Shown here: positions 18,983-28,799 of the stretch, one piece after another
Layout of the letters: every line of letters begins with the position of its first letter
Numbering within the stretch: the first letter of the stretch is position 1
From: Firmicutes bacterium ADurb.Bin153
GTDB taxonomy: Bacteria > Bacillota > DTU025 > MWDF01
Reading direction: 5' to 3'
DNA length: 64,000 nt
Assembly (NCBI GenBank): GCA_002070415.1
Contig: MWDF01000004.1
Span: 19,677-83,676, forward strand
Made by a program: the position numbers and the translations under genes
Notes under the pieces: generated by a model
Told to the model about the DNA's origin: nothing
The model's database searches: none
The model's input: only the letters and a program-made list of their open reading frames with translations

Positions 18983-20464
18983 ATGACGGATTTCATCGAC
19001 ATCACAGAAGCCTTGGGTGCATACCCGGGCATCGAGGACGCGAATGCGTTCGCGTCCTACGTCAAAGGCCGCAACGTCTACAAAGAATCGTTGTACCTTG
19101 CCGACGGGATCTTGTTCATGGTCAACAAGACCGACCCTTTCACTAAGGAGCTCGTGGCGGTGACCGCCGAGCCGCACCTGCTGGCCGGCCTCACCACGAA
19201 CACCTCCATCCACACGGGCAGGTACATGATGGCAAGGTGCCCGATGAACGTGGCGAACGCCTACTGGTTCATGGCAAGGTACAAGAATCTGGGGCCGAAA
19301 TCCATGAAGGACAGCAAGGTGAGCATAGGGCTCGGCGACAGGCTCGGGCTCGTCACAGCGGGGCATGTCTCTTCGATAAGGAAGGCGTCCGTCTTCCCCG
19401 TCTTCGCGCAGCAGTCGATAAGGGAGCTCAACCTCACGGGAAGGACGTTCAAGGATGTGCTCGCCGACGCGTTCTGGGGGGCCTTCAGGGCCGGCTGGCG
19501 AGAGGGCTTCGGCGCCGACGGCGACCACCTGAAGACGGCCGAGGAAGTAAGGTACGCCCTGGACAGCGGTTTTTCCATGATCACGCTGGACTGTTCGAAC
19601 CACATAGGCCTTGAGCGGGAAGGCGGCGCGAACGCGAAGCCGCCCTCGGTAAGGGCGCAGGTTTCTTACAGACTGGCGGACGGCACGGCGGTATCCTTCA
19701 GCGAGGACGAGATCGAGCGCTGCACCGCTACATACCAGAGGGCGATCGAGTTCACGTCCTCGATCTACCACGACCTGCTGGTCGGATGCGGCAGGAAGGT
19801 GGACTTCGAGCTTTCCATAGACGAGACCGGCACGCCTACGGACCCGAAGGCGCACTACTTCGTGGCGAAGCAGCTAGCTGACACGGGCGTGCCGCTGACG
19901 AGCCTGGCGCCTAGGTTCATAGGAGAGTTCCAGAAGGGCATAGACTACATTGGCGACATCGCGAAGTTCAGGGAGGACTTCGTCCTGCACCAGGCGATAG
20001 CCGACACCTTCGGCTACAAGCTCTCGGTGCATTCGGGAAGCGACAAGTTCTCGATCTACCCGTCGGTGGCGGAGCTCTCCAAGGGGCATTTCCATCTGAA
20101 GACGGCGGGCACGAACTGGCTCGAGGCGCTAAGGGTGGTCCTTGCGGCCAATCCCGAGCTGTTCGGGCAGATGTACTCGTACGCAAAGGAGCACCTGGAC
20201 GAGGCGAAGGCCTACTACAAGGTCGACGTCGAGAAGGAGTCGGTGCCGGATTCGGTAGATGCCGCCTTGTTCGAAAGGCCCGACGTGCGCCAAGTGATGC
20301 ACATAACGTACGGCCTTCTCCTAAACGCCAAGACCGAAACGGGCGAGCCGCTCTTTCGCACCAGGCTGTACCGCTGCCTGAGGGAGAACGAGGACCTTCT
20401 CAGGAGCACGGTCGAAAGACACATCGACAACCACCTGAAGGCGCTGGGGCTGATATGGTCCTGA
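18983..20464 (+). CDS. Tagaturonate/fructuronate epimerase (UxaE)-like protein
   Basis: 493 aa. IGLGDRLGLVTAGH, AQQSIREL..TGRT and FGADGDHLKT resemble the UxaE family as I remember it. Neighbours (GntR, sugar ABC) fit a sugar-acid context. The family call is from memory only. Confidence 0.55.
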   Translation: MTDFIDITEALGAYPGIEDANAFASYVKGRNVYKESLYLADGILFMVNKTDPFTKELVAVTAEPHLLAGLTTNTSIHTGRYMMARCPMNVANAYWFMARYKNLGPKSMKDSKVSIGLGDRLGLVTAGHVSSIRKASVFPVFAQQSIRELNLTGRTFKDVLADAFWGAFRAGWREGFGADGDHLKTAEEVRYALDSGFSMITLDCSNHIGLEREGGANAKPPSVRAQVSYRLADGTAVSFSEDEIERCTATYQRAIEFTSSIYHDLLVGCGRKVDFELSIDETGTPTDPKAHYFVAKQLADTGVPLTSLAPRFIGEFQKGIDYIGDIAKFREDFVLHQAIADTFGYKLSVHSGSDKFSIYPSVAELSKGHFHLKTAGTNWLEALRVVLAANPELFGQMYSYAKEHLDEAKAYYKVDVEKESVPDSVDAALFERPDVRQVMHITYGLLLNAKTETGEPLFRTRLYRCLRENEDLLRSTVERHIDNHLKALGLIWS

Positions 20465-20492
20465 GCCTTTGGGCATTTTCACGGCATTAACG

Positions 20493-20527
20493 ATAGGGGG
20501 CGCAGTGATGGTGCCCCCTATTATTTG
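20493..20527. terminator. Bidirectional terminator between convergent genes
   Basis: ATAGGGGGC-gcagtgatggt-GCCCCCTAT followed by TATTT on the plus strand. Confidence 0.6.
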
Positions 20528-20559
20528 GCCGATGAGTCAGACGGGGGGCCTATAGAAGC

Positions 20560-21225
20560 TCATGTGCTGGGGACGGCGTCTCCTTTGTACCTTACTTCCA
20601 CGCTCTTGAACACCACGTTGTCCATGTCCGATCCGATCTCGTAGAAGGTCGTCATCTGTGGGCACAGCCAGTCGAGGTAGTAGCCCTCTATCAGAATGCC
20701 GTCGCCCAAGGCGATGTCGTTAAGCTTAAACGTGAGGAGGTCTCCCCTCTTCTTTATCTCCATGGTGTTCAAGCCGGGATATTCCAGTATGTCGCCCACC
20801 GGTTCCGGCGGCGTAATTACAGTCGTGTAACCGTCTTTGATCTGGGACAGCTGAAAATCGCCGGGATCATGCTGGTCGTCGCTTATGACTATCATCCCCG
20901 ACCATTCGGCTAACAGGAAATTGGTCCCTGAAGCCAGGATGAATGCCGCCGTACGGTTGTAGGAGATATCCTCCAGCAGCTGGAATTTGAAAGATACCGT
21001 AAAGTCCCCGTTGTACAGGTGAGGCGCGGCCACCCATGCATTCTGGAGGGCGATGCCGTCCGGCGAGAGCACGTAGTCCATGCCCCCTGCGGTCCATGTT
21101 CCGTCCTCACGGGACAGGTCTGTCTCGGTCGTGAAGTCGAACAGGTATATCTTCTCGCCGCAGCCGGCCGCAAGCGACAGCGCCAATACCAAGGCCGCCA
21201 TCATCAATATCCTCAAATACCTCAT
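20560..21225 (-). CDS. Lipoprotein of unknown function (beta-rich, jelly-roll-like); paralogue of 50846-51508
   Basis: Signal peptide plus lipobox (LSLAAGC). Shared blocks with 50846-51508: F.F.GDFT..V.F.L, GLNT..I.K.G......ND, and V.Y.GD at the C-terminus. Confidence 0.65.
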   Translation of the reverse strand: MRYLRILMMAALVLALSLAAGCGEKIYLFDFTTETDLSREDGTWTAGGMDYVLSPDGIALQNAWVAAPHLYNGDFTVSFKFQLLEDISYNRTAAFILASGTNFLLAEWSGMIVISDDQHDPGDFQLSQIKDGYTTVITPPEPVGDILEYPGLNTMEIKKRGDLLTFKLNDIALGDGILIEGYYLDWLCPQMTTFYEIGSDMDNVVFKSVEVRYKGDAVPST

Positions 21226-21430
21226 ATAAACACCTCCTGGGTTAGTATTATATGGAAGGTGTGCGATTCCTTCATGAAATGAATTATCCTGCTGATTTAC
21301 CTTTCTGCCTGATGCGGGGGAATAAGAGTGCTCCCCCGAAGTGGGCCTTCTTGGCGCCTACCGCAAGGGAGCACGTAGATCAGATCCTTATATGTTTGTA
21401 CTTTGTATGCAGGACTGGGTCCTGCCGGCG

Positions 21431-21982
21431 CTACTTCACCTCGTACTTCGCCCTTCCCTCGATGTAGGCGTCCTTCCCGTACATGTCGTTCACCACGATG
21501 AGGGGGAAATCCTCGACGTAAAGCTCCACTATCGCCTCGGGGCCCAGGTCCTCGTATGCCACGGGCCTTGCCGACTTGACGCACTTCGCGGCCAGCGCGC
21601 CGGCGCCTCCAAGGGCCGCGAAATAGACCGCCTTGTGCTTCATGATCGCATCCTTGACCGTATCTGACCTCTTGCCCTTGCCTATCATTCCCTTGAGGCC
21701 CTCTTCCATCAGCCTCGGAGCGTAGGTGTCCATCCTGCCGCTCGTTGTCGGACCGGCCGACCCGATCACATGCCCCGGCTTTGCGGGAGCGGGACCTACG
21801 TAGAATATGGTGGCCCCCTTCACGTCGAAGGGAAGTTTCTTGCCCTCGTCGAGGAGCGCCATCATCCTCTTGTGCGCCGCGTCCCTGGCTGTGTAGATGT
21901 ATCCCGTAAGCAGGACGCTGTCCCCGGTCATCAGGCCCGCCACCGACTCGTCGGTCAGCGGAGTCGTTACCTTCTTGACCAT
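21431..21982 (-). CDS. Fe-S-dependent (class I) fumarate/tartrate hydro-lyase, beta subunit
   Basis: 183 aa with LTGYIYTARDAAHKRM, GPTTSGRMD and IGKGKRS, the class-I fumarase C-terminal-domain pattern. Confidence 0.88.
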   Translation of the reverse strand: MVKKVTTPLTDESVAGLMTGDSVLLTGYIYTARDAAHKRMMALLDEGKKLPFDVKGATIFYVGPAPAKPGHVIGSAGPTTSGRMDTYAPRLMEEGLKGMIGKGKRSDTVKDAIMKHKAVYFAALGGAGALAAKCVKSARPVAYEDLGPEAIVELYVEDFPLIVVNDMYGKDAYIEGRAKYEVK

Positions 21983-21998
21983 ACCGGCACCCTCCTCC

Positions 21999-22856
21999 CT
22001 ATATTACCGAGCTCTCGTGGGGAGAGACGTGGCAATTTATGTTCACCGCGACCGGCATGCTCGCTATGTGGCACGCGTAGGTCTCGATATGGACAGCGAG
22101 TGCCGTAGTGCTGCCGCCGAAGCCCTGGGGCCCGATGCCGAGCTTGTTGATCCCCGCGAGCAGCTCGTCTTCCATAGCGGCGTAGCGCGAATCCGGGTTG
22201 TGGCTCCCCATGGCCCTGGTTAGGGCCTTCTTCGCGAGGAGCGTCACCTTGTCGAACGTGCCGCCTATGCCGACTCCGACCACTATGGGCGGGCACGGGT
22301 TGGGCCCGGCCTTGCTCACGGTGTCTATCACGAAACGCTTCACTCCCTCGGCTCCTGCGGCCGGCGTGAGCATGGCAACGGCGCTCATGTTCTCGGCTCC
22401 CCCGCCCTTGGGGGCCACGGTTATCGATATCCTGTCCCCGTCCACGATCCTCGCGTGGATTATCGCGGGCGTGTTGTCCCCTGAGTTCTTCCTGTCCAGC
22501 ACCGGGTCGAACACTGCGGACTTCCTGAGGTAGCCGTTCTTGTAGCCCCTCCTTACGCCCTCGTTGATGGCATCTTCCAGCCCGCCGTTGATTATGTGCA
22601 CGTCCTGTCCGACCTCTATGAACACCACCGCGAGCCCGGTGTCCTGGCAGGCGGGCACCTGCTCCTCCCTGGCCAGCCTGTGGTTTTCGAGTAGGTTCTC
22701 CAGTATCTGCCTGCCCAGCGGGGACTTCTCCTTGCCCATGGCCTCTTCGATCACCTTGAGGTTATGCTCAGGCAGGTTGCAGTTGGCGCTGATGCAAAGC
22801 CTTTCGACCTCGGCTGTCACTAGGGATGCGTCTATCTCCCTTACCCTATGCTCCAT
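21999..22856 (-). CDS. Fe-S-dependent (class I) fumarate/tartrate hydro-lyase, alpha subunit
   Basis: 285 aa with PACQDTG, PKGGGAEN, NPCPPIVVGVGIGG and AVNINCH, the three Cys ligands of the 4Fe-4S cluster. Confidence 0.88.
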   Translation of the reverse strand: MEHRVREIDASLVTAEVERLCISANCNLPEHNLKVIEEAMGKEKSPLGRQILENLLENHRLAREEQVPACQDTGLAVVFIEVGQDVHIINGGLEDAINEGVRRGYKNGYLRKSAVFDPVLDRKNSGDNTPAIIHARIVDGDRISITVAPKGGGAENMSAVAMLTPAAGAEGVKRFVIDTVSKAGPNPCPPIVVGVGIGGTFDKVTLLAKKALTRAMGSHNPDSRYAAMEDELLAGINKLGIGPQGFGGSTTALAVHIETYACHIASMPVAVNINCHVSPHESSVI

Positions 22857-22886
22857 CTGCGACGCCTCCTTCTTCCGTCCGGGCCA

Positions 22887-24227
22887 TCAGAGCTCGGGCG
22901 GAGGGGCTATCACGCCGTTGTCCATCGCGAGCTTCGTGGCCTTCCTCGCCCTAAGGATCAGGTCGGTGGCGGACTTCACGAGCTCCTCGCGGGTCAGCTT
23001 CACCCTCGCCACTCCCTGCTCTATAGCCTTGAGTCCTACCGCCGCGGCCTCCATAGGGTAGACTTCCCACTCCTCCATGCTCGGGATTATGTAGTCCTCC
23101 CTCAGCCCCTTGCGTTCGGCGTACTTAGCGAGCTCGAGCGCCGCAGCTATGCACATCTCGTCTGTGATCGTGGTGGCCCTTACGTCTAGGGCGCCCCTGA
23201 AGATCGCAGGGAAGCCCAGCGAGTTGTTGACCTGGTTGGGGAAGTCCGACCTTCCCGTCGCGACGACCCTGGCCCCGGCCTCCTTGGCTACCCACGGCCA
23301 TACTTCCGGCACGGGGTTCGCGCATGCGAACACGATCGCGTCCTTGGCCATGCCCTGGATCCATTCCTTCTTGAGCACGTCCGGCCCGGACTGGGCGAGG
23401 GCTATCACCACGTCGGCGCCCTTCAAGGCGGCCTCGATGTCGCCCACAAGGCCCATCGCGTTGGTCTTCTCGCACATCTCCCACTTCTCCTTGGCCTTGC
23501 CGATGAGCTCGGTGCGGCCCTTGTGGAGCGTGCCCTTCGTGTCGCACATGATGATGTTGCCCGGTGTAGCGCCCGCTTTCATGACCATCCTGGCGGTGCA
23601 GATGTTGGCGGCGCCGGCGCCTATGTGCGTTATCCTCACGTCCGAGAGCTTCTTGCCCACCAGCTTCAAGGCGTTGACGAGCCCCGCTACCGTGACAGCC
23701 GCGGTGCCCTGCTGGTCGTCGTGCCATACCGGTATGTGGCACTCCGCCCTTAGCCTTTCAAGCAGGTAGAAGCATTTCGGCTGCTCGAAGTCCTCGAGGT
23801 TCACCCCTCCGAAGGATGGCTGCAGCCACTTAACGGCGTTTATGATCTCCTCGGGGTCCTTCGTGTCCAGACAGATCGGGAACGCGTCCACGCCGCCCAG
23901 GTACTTGAACAGCATGGCCTTGCCCTCCATGACGGGAAGCCCCGCCTCAGGCCCGATGTCCCCCAGGCCCAGCACGCGGGTGCCGTCGGAGACCACGGCC
24001 ACCGTGTTCCACTTCAGCGTGTGCTCGTAGGCGAGGTCCTTGTCGGCCTGTATCGCCTTGCACGACGCCGCGACTCCCGGCGTGTACCATATCGCGAAAT
24101 CGCTCATGTCCCTCACTACCGCCTTGGGCATGACCTCTATCTTCCCGCGGTAGTACGGGTGCATCTTCATGGCGTCAGCGGCGGGCTTGGCCGCCTTTGA
24201 GATGAGCTCCTTGGTATCTTTTTCCAT
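22887..24227 (-). CDS. NAD(P)-dependent malic enzyme (oxaloacetate-decarboxylating malate dehydrogenase)
   Basis: 446 aa with YTPGVA, VVSDGTRVLGLGDIG, EGKAMLFK, NLEDF and GAGAANI Rossmann motifs. It has no PTA domain. Confidence 0.9.
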   Translation of the reverse strand: MEKDTKELISKAAKPAADAMKMHPYYRGKIEVMPKAVVRDMSDFAIWYTPGVAASCKAIQADKDLAYEHTLKWNTVAVVSDGTRVLGLGDIGPEAGLPVMEGKAMLFKYLGGVDAFPICLDTKDPEEIINAVKWLQPSFGGVNLEDFEQPKCFYLLERLRAECHIPVWHDDQQGTAAVTVAGLVNALKLVGKKLSDVRITHIGAGAANICTARMVMKAGATPGNIIMCDTKGTLHKGRTELIGKAKEKWEMCEKTNAMGLVGDIEAALKGADVVIALAQSGPDVLKKEWIQGMAKDAIVFACANPVPEVWPWVAKEAGARVVATGRSDFPNQVNNSLGFPAIFRGALDVRATTITDEMCIAAALELAKYAERKGLREDYIIPSMEEWEVYPMEAAAVGLKAIEQGVARVKLTREELVKSATDLILRARKATKLAMDNGVIAPPPEL

Positions 24228-24245
24228 GCTACATCTTCTCCTTCT

Positions 24246-25604
24246 CTAGGCTGGGAAAATCGTGTTTATATCCTCCGTGCCTGCTATGCCTAGGATCCTT
24301 CCGGTGAGCGCGCTTAATTCCTCCTCGGGGAGCACCCCGTCGGCCAGATCCATGAATTTCTCCGTCAGCTCGTCTCTTGTGACCGGTTTCTCCGGGTCCC
24401 CCTTCGCGTAGAGGGTGGATGCCTTATAGACTTTCCCGTCGTCCGTCCTGGCCTCTATTACGGCACCCCACTTCGCAGGATACTCAGCCTCCAGACTTTC
24501 GTCTACCGATATTGTAGTCTTTTCCCATAGTTTCTTCACATCCGACGCGGACTCGATGTTCCCGGGCTCGAAGTCCTCCACGCGAACTTTGCCCCTGGCC
24601 AGGGCCGTGGCCACGCAGTAGGCGGAATCGAACTTCGCCTCATGCGGCTCTTTCGGATAGCGCCCGGACCCACCGGCAACATCCTTCGCCGTCCTGTACG
24701 TGCTGATGTGCACCGAAGCTATACCTTGCAGGTTGAAGCCGGCCTCTCTCGCGACTTCGAGGGCCACGTCTATCTGAGGATGGGAATGCCTGCACGAAGC
24801 GTAGGGCTTTATGGACACGTCAAGCAGCTGCCATGCGTCACCCAGCCCTTCCGTAAGCGCGCCCGGCTCTGCGTCAAGGGAGGTCGCGGCAAGGAAGCCC
24901 TTCCGGCCCTCCAGTATGTTGTTCGGACCGGTAAATCCGTTCTTCGCTGCAAGGGCAGCAAGAAGACCGTTCATGGCGGCCTTGCCCGGATGCAGCGGCT
25001 TCGTCATGGCCCCGTCGTCGAGGAACTGCCAGAGCCCCGCCGCCTGCGAGCCGGCATTGCCTAAGGCCCACGTCATCTGCAAGGGGGTGAGCCCGAGCAG
25101 GTACCCCGCGGCCGCGCTTGCGCCGAAGGTCGCGCATGTGCCCGTTGTGTGCCACTTCATGTAGTGGGAGGGCCCCGCAGCAATCCCCACCCTTATGCTC
25201 ACCTCATAGCCGACGGCTATGGACGTAAGCAGCTTGCGCCCGTCCACTCCCAGTTTTTGGCCGATCGCCAGTGCGGCAGGTATGATGACGGTGCCCGGAT
25301 GGAACACCGCTTTCCTGTGGACGTCGTCCATCTCCATGACGTGGCCGTTGAACCCGTTCTGGAATGCCGCCCATAGCTCGGACGTCCTGTCCATATGCGC
25401 GTTCAGCACAGTGCAGGGGCCGCTTTGAGGTGCGTTTCCACGCACTATCCCGTAGAGCATCCCCGCCGGAGGCTGTGCGGAACCGGCAAGGGCCGCCCCC
25501 GCCCAGTCGAGCACGAACTCCGCTGCTTTTTCCAGGACCTCGTCATTAATGCAGAAGCCGTCGATCCCCGTCGCCCATCTGGCTAGCGTCTCTGTATAGT
25601 TCAT
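24246..25604 (-). CDS. MmgE/PrpD-family protein (2-methylcitrate dehydratase superfamily), substrate unknown
   Basis: About 452 aa from MNYTETLARW...; DWAGAALAGS and HPGTVIIPAALA are typical of PrpD/MmgE. The start was trimmed from the ORF-track 25667. Confidence 0.8.
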   Translation of the reverse strand: MNYTETLARWATGIDGFCINDEVLEKAAEFVLDWAGAALAGSAQPPAGMLYGIVRGNAPQSGPCTVLNAHMDRTSELWAAFQNGFNGHVMEMDDVHRKAVFHPGTVIIPAALAIGQKLGVDGRKLLTSIAVGYEVSIRVGIAAGPSHYMKWHTTGTCATFGASAAAGYLLGLTPLQMTWALGNAGSQAAGLWQFLDDGAMTKPLHPGKAAMNGLLAALAAKNGFTGPNNILEGRKGFLAATSLDAEPGALTEGLGDAWQLLDVSIKPYASCRHSHPQIDVALEVAREAGFNLQGIASVHISTYRTAKDVAGGSGRYPKEPHEAKFDSAYCVATALARGKVRVEDFEPGNIESASDVKKLWEKTTISVDESLEAEYPAKWGAVIEARTDDGKVYKASTLYAKGDPEKPVTRDELTEKFMDLADGVLPEEELSALTGRILGIAGTEDINTIFPA

Positions 25605-25777
25605 CCAAACCCTCCTGACTTCCGCCTGTCGGATCTTCTCCATCCTGGTCAGTCCGCCCGGACTCAATGATCAGCAAGCCGCGCGCATCCTAATGACGGC
25701 CCCGATGCTTTACGCGCCGTCACGAAACGGCCCTCGGACGTTATTGTCATCCGGCAAGGCGGTTTGTCCTTCGTGGC

Positions 25778-26359
25778 CTAGTAGCCGAGGGCTTTCCGTG
25801 CCCTTTCGGCGATGATGTCATATATGCTGTTCCCGTGGCTGTCCATGGCGACCACCAACGGGCCCCAGTCCTCGACCCTGAAGTCCCATACCGCCTCTGG
25901 CATGCCCATGTCGAGCCAGTCGACTGATTTCACTTCCTTGAAGGCCTGGGCATGCTTGACGGCGCAACCGGGGGCGGCGGCCAGGTAAACGGCGCCCCAT
26001 TCCTTGAACATCGCCAAGGAAGATCCTCCCATGCCGCCTTTGCCCACTACCGCCCTTACGCCAAGCTTCGGTATGAGCCCGCTGTGCGGTTCCATCCTCA
26101 TGCTCGTCGTGGGGCCTATGGCCATGAGCTTCCAGGCGTTTTCCTCTTTTACCATCACGGGCCCCGCGTGGAAAAGGACCCCTCCCTCGCGCATGGGAGG
26201 CCCGGGAACCAGCTCCCCCTTATCCAGAAGCGACCTGACCCTAAGATGGGCCATGTCCCTTGCGGTGAAGACCTCCCCTGTGAGGTATACGATGTCGCCT
26301 ATCCTAAGCTTCCTTGCGTCCTCTTCGGTCAACGGGACCGTGAGCTTGTATTCGGCCAT
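25778..26359 (-). CDS. Second Fe-S hydro-lyase beta subunit (divergent)
   Basis: From ATG 26357-26359: MAEYKLTVPLTEEDARKLRIGDIVYLTGEVFTARDMAHLRV..., GPTTSMRME, VGKGGMG. The 347-aa track ORF has a spurious Arg/Gly-rich N-terminal extension that overlaps the alpha gene. Confidence 0.85.
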   Translation of the reverse strand: MAEYKLTVPLTEEDARKLRIGDIVYLTGEVFTARDMAHLRVRSLLDKGELVPGPPMREGGVLFHAGPVMVKEENAWKLMAIGPTTSMRMEPHSGLIPKLGVRAVVGKGGMGGSSLAMFKEWGAVYLAAAPGCAVKHAQAFKEVKSVDWLDMGMPEAVWDFRVEDWGPLVVAMDSHGNSIYDIIAERARKALGY

Positions 26360-26361
26360 GA

Positions 26362-27264
26362 TTACTCGCACCTCCAGAAGAGCATCTCCACCCTGCCGTC
26401 GTCGTGGACCCTTACGCCGGCCCTCCTGGCCACCCAGCAGTGGAAGTTCACGGCGACCGGCGCTATCGCGGTATGCGTGTATGCCATCAGGGCCTTCACG
26501 GCCAGGGCGGTCGTCCTCCCACCGGTACCGCCTGGGCCGATTCCCGTGCCGTTGATGGTCTCCAGCAGCTCCGCCTCGAGGTCCGCCAGCATGGGGTCCG
26601 GATTGATGTCGTCCCATTCCCTTACGCTGACGGCCCTCCTGCTGAGCCTTGCCGCCACGTCCATCTGGCCGCCGATGCCTATGCCTATCGCGCCCGGCGG
26701 GCAGGGGATGCCCTTCGCCTCCACCACCTGGCTCACTACGAACCTCTTGAGGCCCTTGAGGCCGTTTCCCAGGGTGCTGGAGGTGAACGTCTTGTACGCG
26801 TTCATGAGCTCGGCGCCGCATGCTTTGAAGCTAACTATGAGCTCCACATAGCCGGCCTCGGGCCTGTAGTCGTACTCGAAGTTCGGCACGCCAGGGCCTG
26901 TGCTGTCGCCCGTGTTCTTCCTGGTGAGGGGATGGACTATGCTGGGCCTTATGAAGCCCTTACCTACCATCTCGGGGATGACTTGCCCGAAGATGCCGGC
27001 GAAGTCCGGCATCCGGGCGTTTCTTCCGAACGTTATGTACACCGCCGGGAAGCCCGGCGATTGGCATACCGGCTTGTCCAGCCTTCCTGCCATCCCGATG
27101 TTCTCTATCATCGAACCGAGCACGCTCTTCGCCGCAGGCTCATCCTCCGCGCCTTCCGCCTCCCTTAGGAGCCTTTCGGCATCTGGTGCGATGCCTGTGC
27201 AGGAGTGGTGCACCACCCGCCTCACGAGCTCCTCCCAGTCGATGCCTTTATAGACGTCTCCCAA
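26362..27264 (-). CDS. Second Fe-S hydro-lyase alpha subunit (divergent; CQSPG in place of CQDTG)
   Basis: Contains VCQSPGFPAVYI, GIPCPPGAIGIGIGG and AVNFHCW. I propose a TTG start at 27262-27264, 6 nt after GGAGGG. The track ORF (to 27645) has an implausible Arg/Gly-rich extension. Confidence 0.75.
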   Translation of the reverse strand: MGDVYKGIDWEELVRRVVHHSCTGIAPDAERLLREAEGAEDEPAAKSVLGSMIENIGMAGRLDKPVCQSPGFPAVYITFGRNARMPDFAGIFGQVIPEMVGKGFIRPSIVHPLTRKNTGDSTGPGVPNFEYDYRPEAGYVELIVSFKACGAELMNAYKTFTSSTLGNGLKGLKRFVVSQVVEAKGIPCPPGAIGIGIGGQMDVAARLSRRAVSVREWDDINPDPMLADLEAELLETINGTGIGPGGTGGRTTALAVKALMAYTHTAIAPVAVNFHCWVARRAGVRVHDDGRVEMLFWRCE

Positions 27265-27458
27265 TCCCTTCCCTCCTTCACGCCTGCGCCGCCTTCCTGT
27301 AGATTGAAAAGCTTCCGGCACATTGCGTACTGTATACCGAACCGGAGCATGCCCTCTAACGTCCTTTCGGCGTCCGACGAGAATGCCTTCGGATCCCTCT
27401 CTTCTGCTGGGCCTTGGTGTATCCGCGCCGGCCGGAGGCCTTGCGCGACTTGAGGGGC

Positions 27459-28121
27459 CTACGCCGTCATCCTGCCTATCACGGCGGGTATGACGAGCTT
27501 GCAGCCGGTGGCCTCCTGTACCTGCTCTAATGTGAACTCGTCGTTGATCTCCTTGAGCAGCAGTCCTTCCGGCGTGACCTCGAAGACCCCCATCTCGGTG
27601 ATGATAAGGTCCACGCACTTCTCCGCGGTCAGCGGCAGCGAGCATCTCTCCAGTATCTTGGGCGTGCCCTTGTTCGTGTGCTCCATGACCACTATCACCC
27701 GCCGGGCCCCCGCGGCCAGGTCCATGGCGCCGCCCATACCGGGCACCTTCTTGCCGGGGATGATCCAGTTGGCGAGGTTTCCTTCCCTGTCCACCTCTAT
27801 GGCACCGAGGAAGGAGGCGTCCACGTGGCCGCCCCTAATGATTCCGAACGAGGTCGAGCTGTCGATGAAGGCGCCGCCCGCCATGCACGCCGCCGGCTTG
27901 CCTCCGGCGTCCACCACGTAACCGGGCGGGTCGTCGCCGCCTTCCTGCGCCGGGCCCATGCCTATGATGCCGTTCTCCGAGTGGAGTATGACCTTGACGC
28001 CGGGGGGAAGGAAGCCCGGGATGAGGGTTGGGAGCCCTATGCCGAGATTGACCACGTCCCCGTCCTTTAGCTCCTTGGCCGCCCTTCCGGCGATCATGTT
28101 CTTCAGCTGCTCCTTGTCCAT
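27459..28121 (-). CDS. 3-oxoacid/acyl CoA-transferase subunit B
   Basis: From ATG 28119-28121: MDKEQLKNMIAGRAAKELKDGDVVNLGIGLPT..., with SENGIIGMGP carrying the catalytic Glu. One-nt TGATG overlap with subunit A. Confidence 0.9.
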   Translation of the reverse strand: MDKEQLKNMIAGRAAKELKDGDVVNLGIGLPTLIPGFLPPGVKVILHSENGIIGMGPAQEGGDDPPGYVVDAGGKPAACMAGGAFIDSSTSFGIIRGGHVDASFLGAIEVDREGNLANWIIPGKKVPGMGGAMDLAAGARRVIVVMEHTNKGTPKILERCSLPLTAEKCVDLIITEMGVFEVTPEGLLLKEINDEFTLEQVQEATGCKLVIPAVIGRMTA

Positions 28122-28777
28122 CACAAAGCGCCACCTTTGACTATGAAGTCGATGAATATGCCGGGTGTGACGACGTCCTCGGGCGCGATGCTGCCGTCTT
28201 CCACGAGCGTGTCGGCCTCGACTATCACCTTGTCGGCGGCAGTTGCCATCAGAGGGTTGAAATTCCTGGCGCTGCCCTTGTACCATATGTTCCCCGACCG
28301 GTCCACCCTGTATCCGCTTATCAGGGCGAAATCCGCCCTCATCGGCCTCTCCAGGAGGAACCTCCTGCCGTCGAGTTCTATTACCTGCCTGCCTTCGGCC
28401 GCCATCGTGCCCATGCCGGTGGGCGTGAGCACCCCGCCGGTCCCGTTGCCGCCGGCCCTTATCTGCTCCGCCATGGTGCCCTGCGGGATGAGGCGCACTT
28501 CAAGCTCCCCGGATGCCATCTTGGCCGCCACTTCCGGATTGAGCCCTACGTGGGTCGCGTTGAGCGCTTTCACCAGCCCCGCGCTGATGAGCTTCGCGAC
28601 CCCGTAGCCGGGCGAGCCGGCGTCGTTGCAGTATACCGTAAGCCCTTTTGTGCCTTTGGCCACGATCGCGTCGATGAGCCGGTGGGGACTTCCGCACCCC
28701 ATGAACCCGCCGACCATCACCGAAGCGCCGTCTGGTATCATCCCCGCCGCCTGTTCCAAGGATACGAGCTTTGCCAT
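28121..28777 (-). CDS. 3-oxoacid/acyl CoA-transferase subunit A
   Basis: 218 aa with DGASVMVGGFMGCGSP, ...PQGTMAEQIRAGG and GYRVDRSGN. Confidence 0.9.
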   Translation of the reverse strand: MAKLVSLEQAAGMIPDGASVMVGGFMGCGSPHRLIDAIVAKGTKGLTVYCNDAGSPGYGVAKLISAGLVKALNATHVGLNPEVAAKMASGELEVRLIPQGTMAEQIRAGGNGTGGVLTPTGMGTMAAEGRQVIELDGRRFLLERPMRADFALISGYRVDRSGNIWYKGSARNFNPLMATAADKVIVEADTLVEDGSIAPEDVVTPGIFIDFIVKGGAL

Positions 28778-28799
28778 GGGAACACCCCCGAAGACGGTA

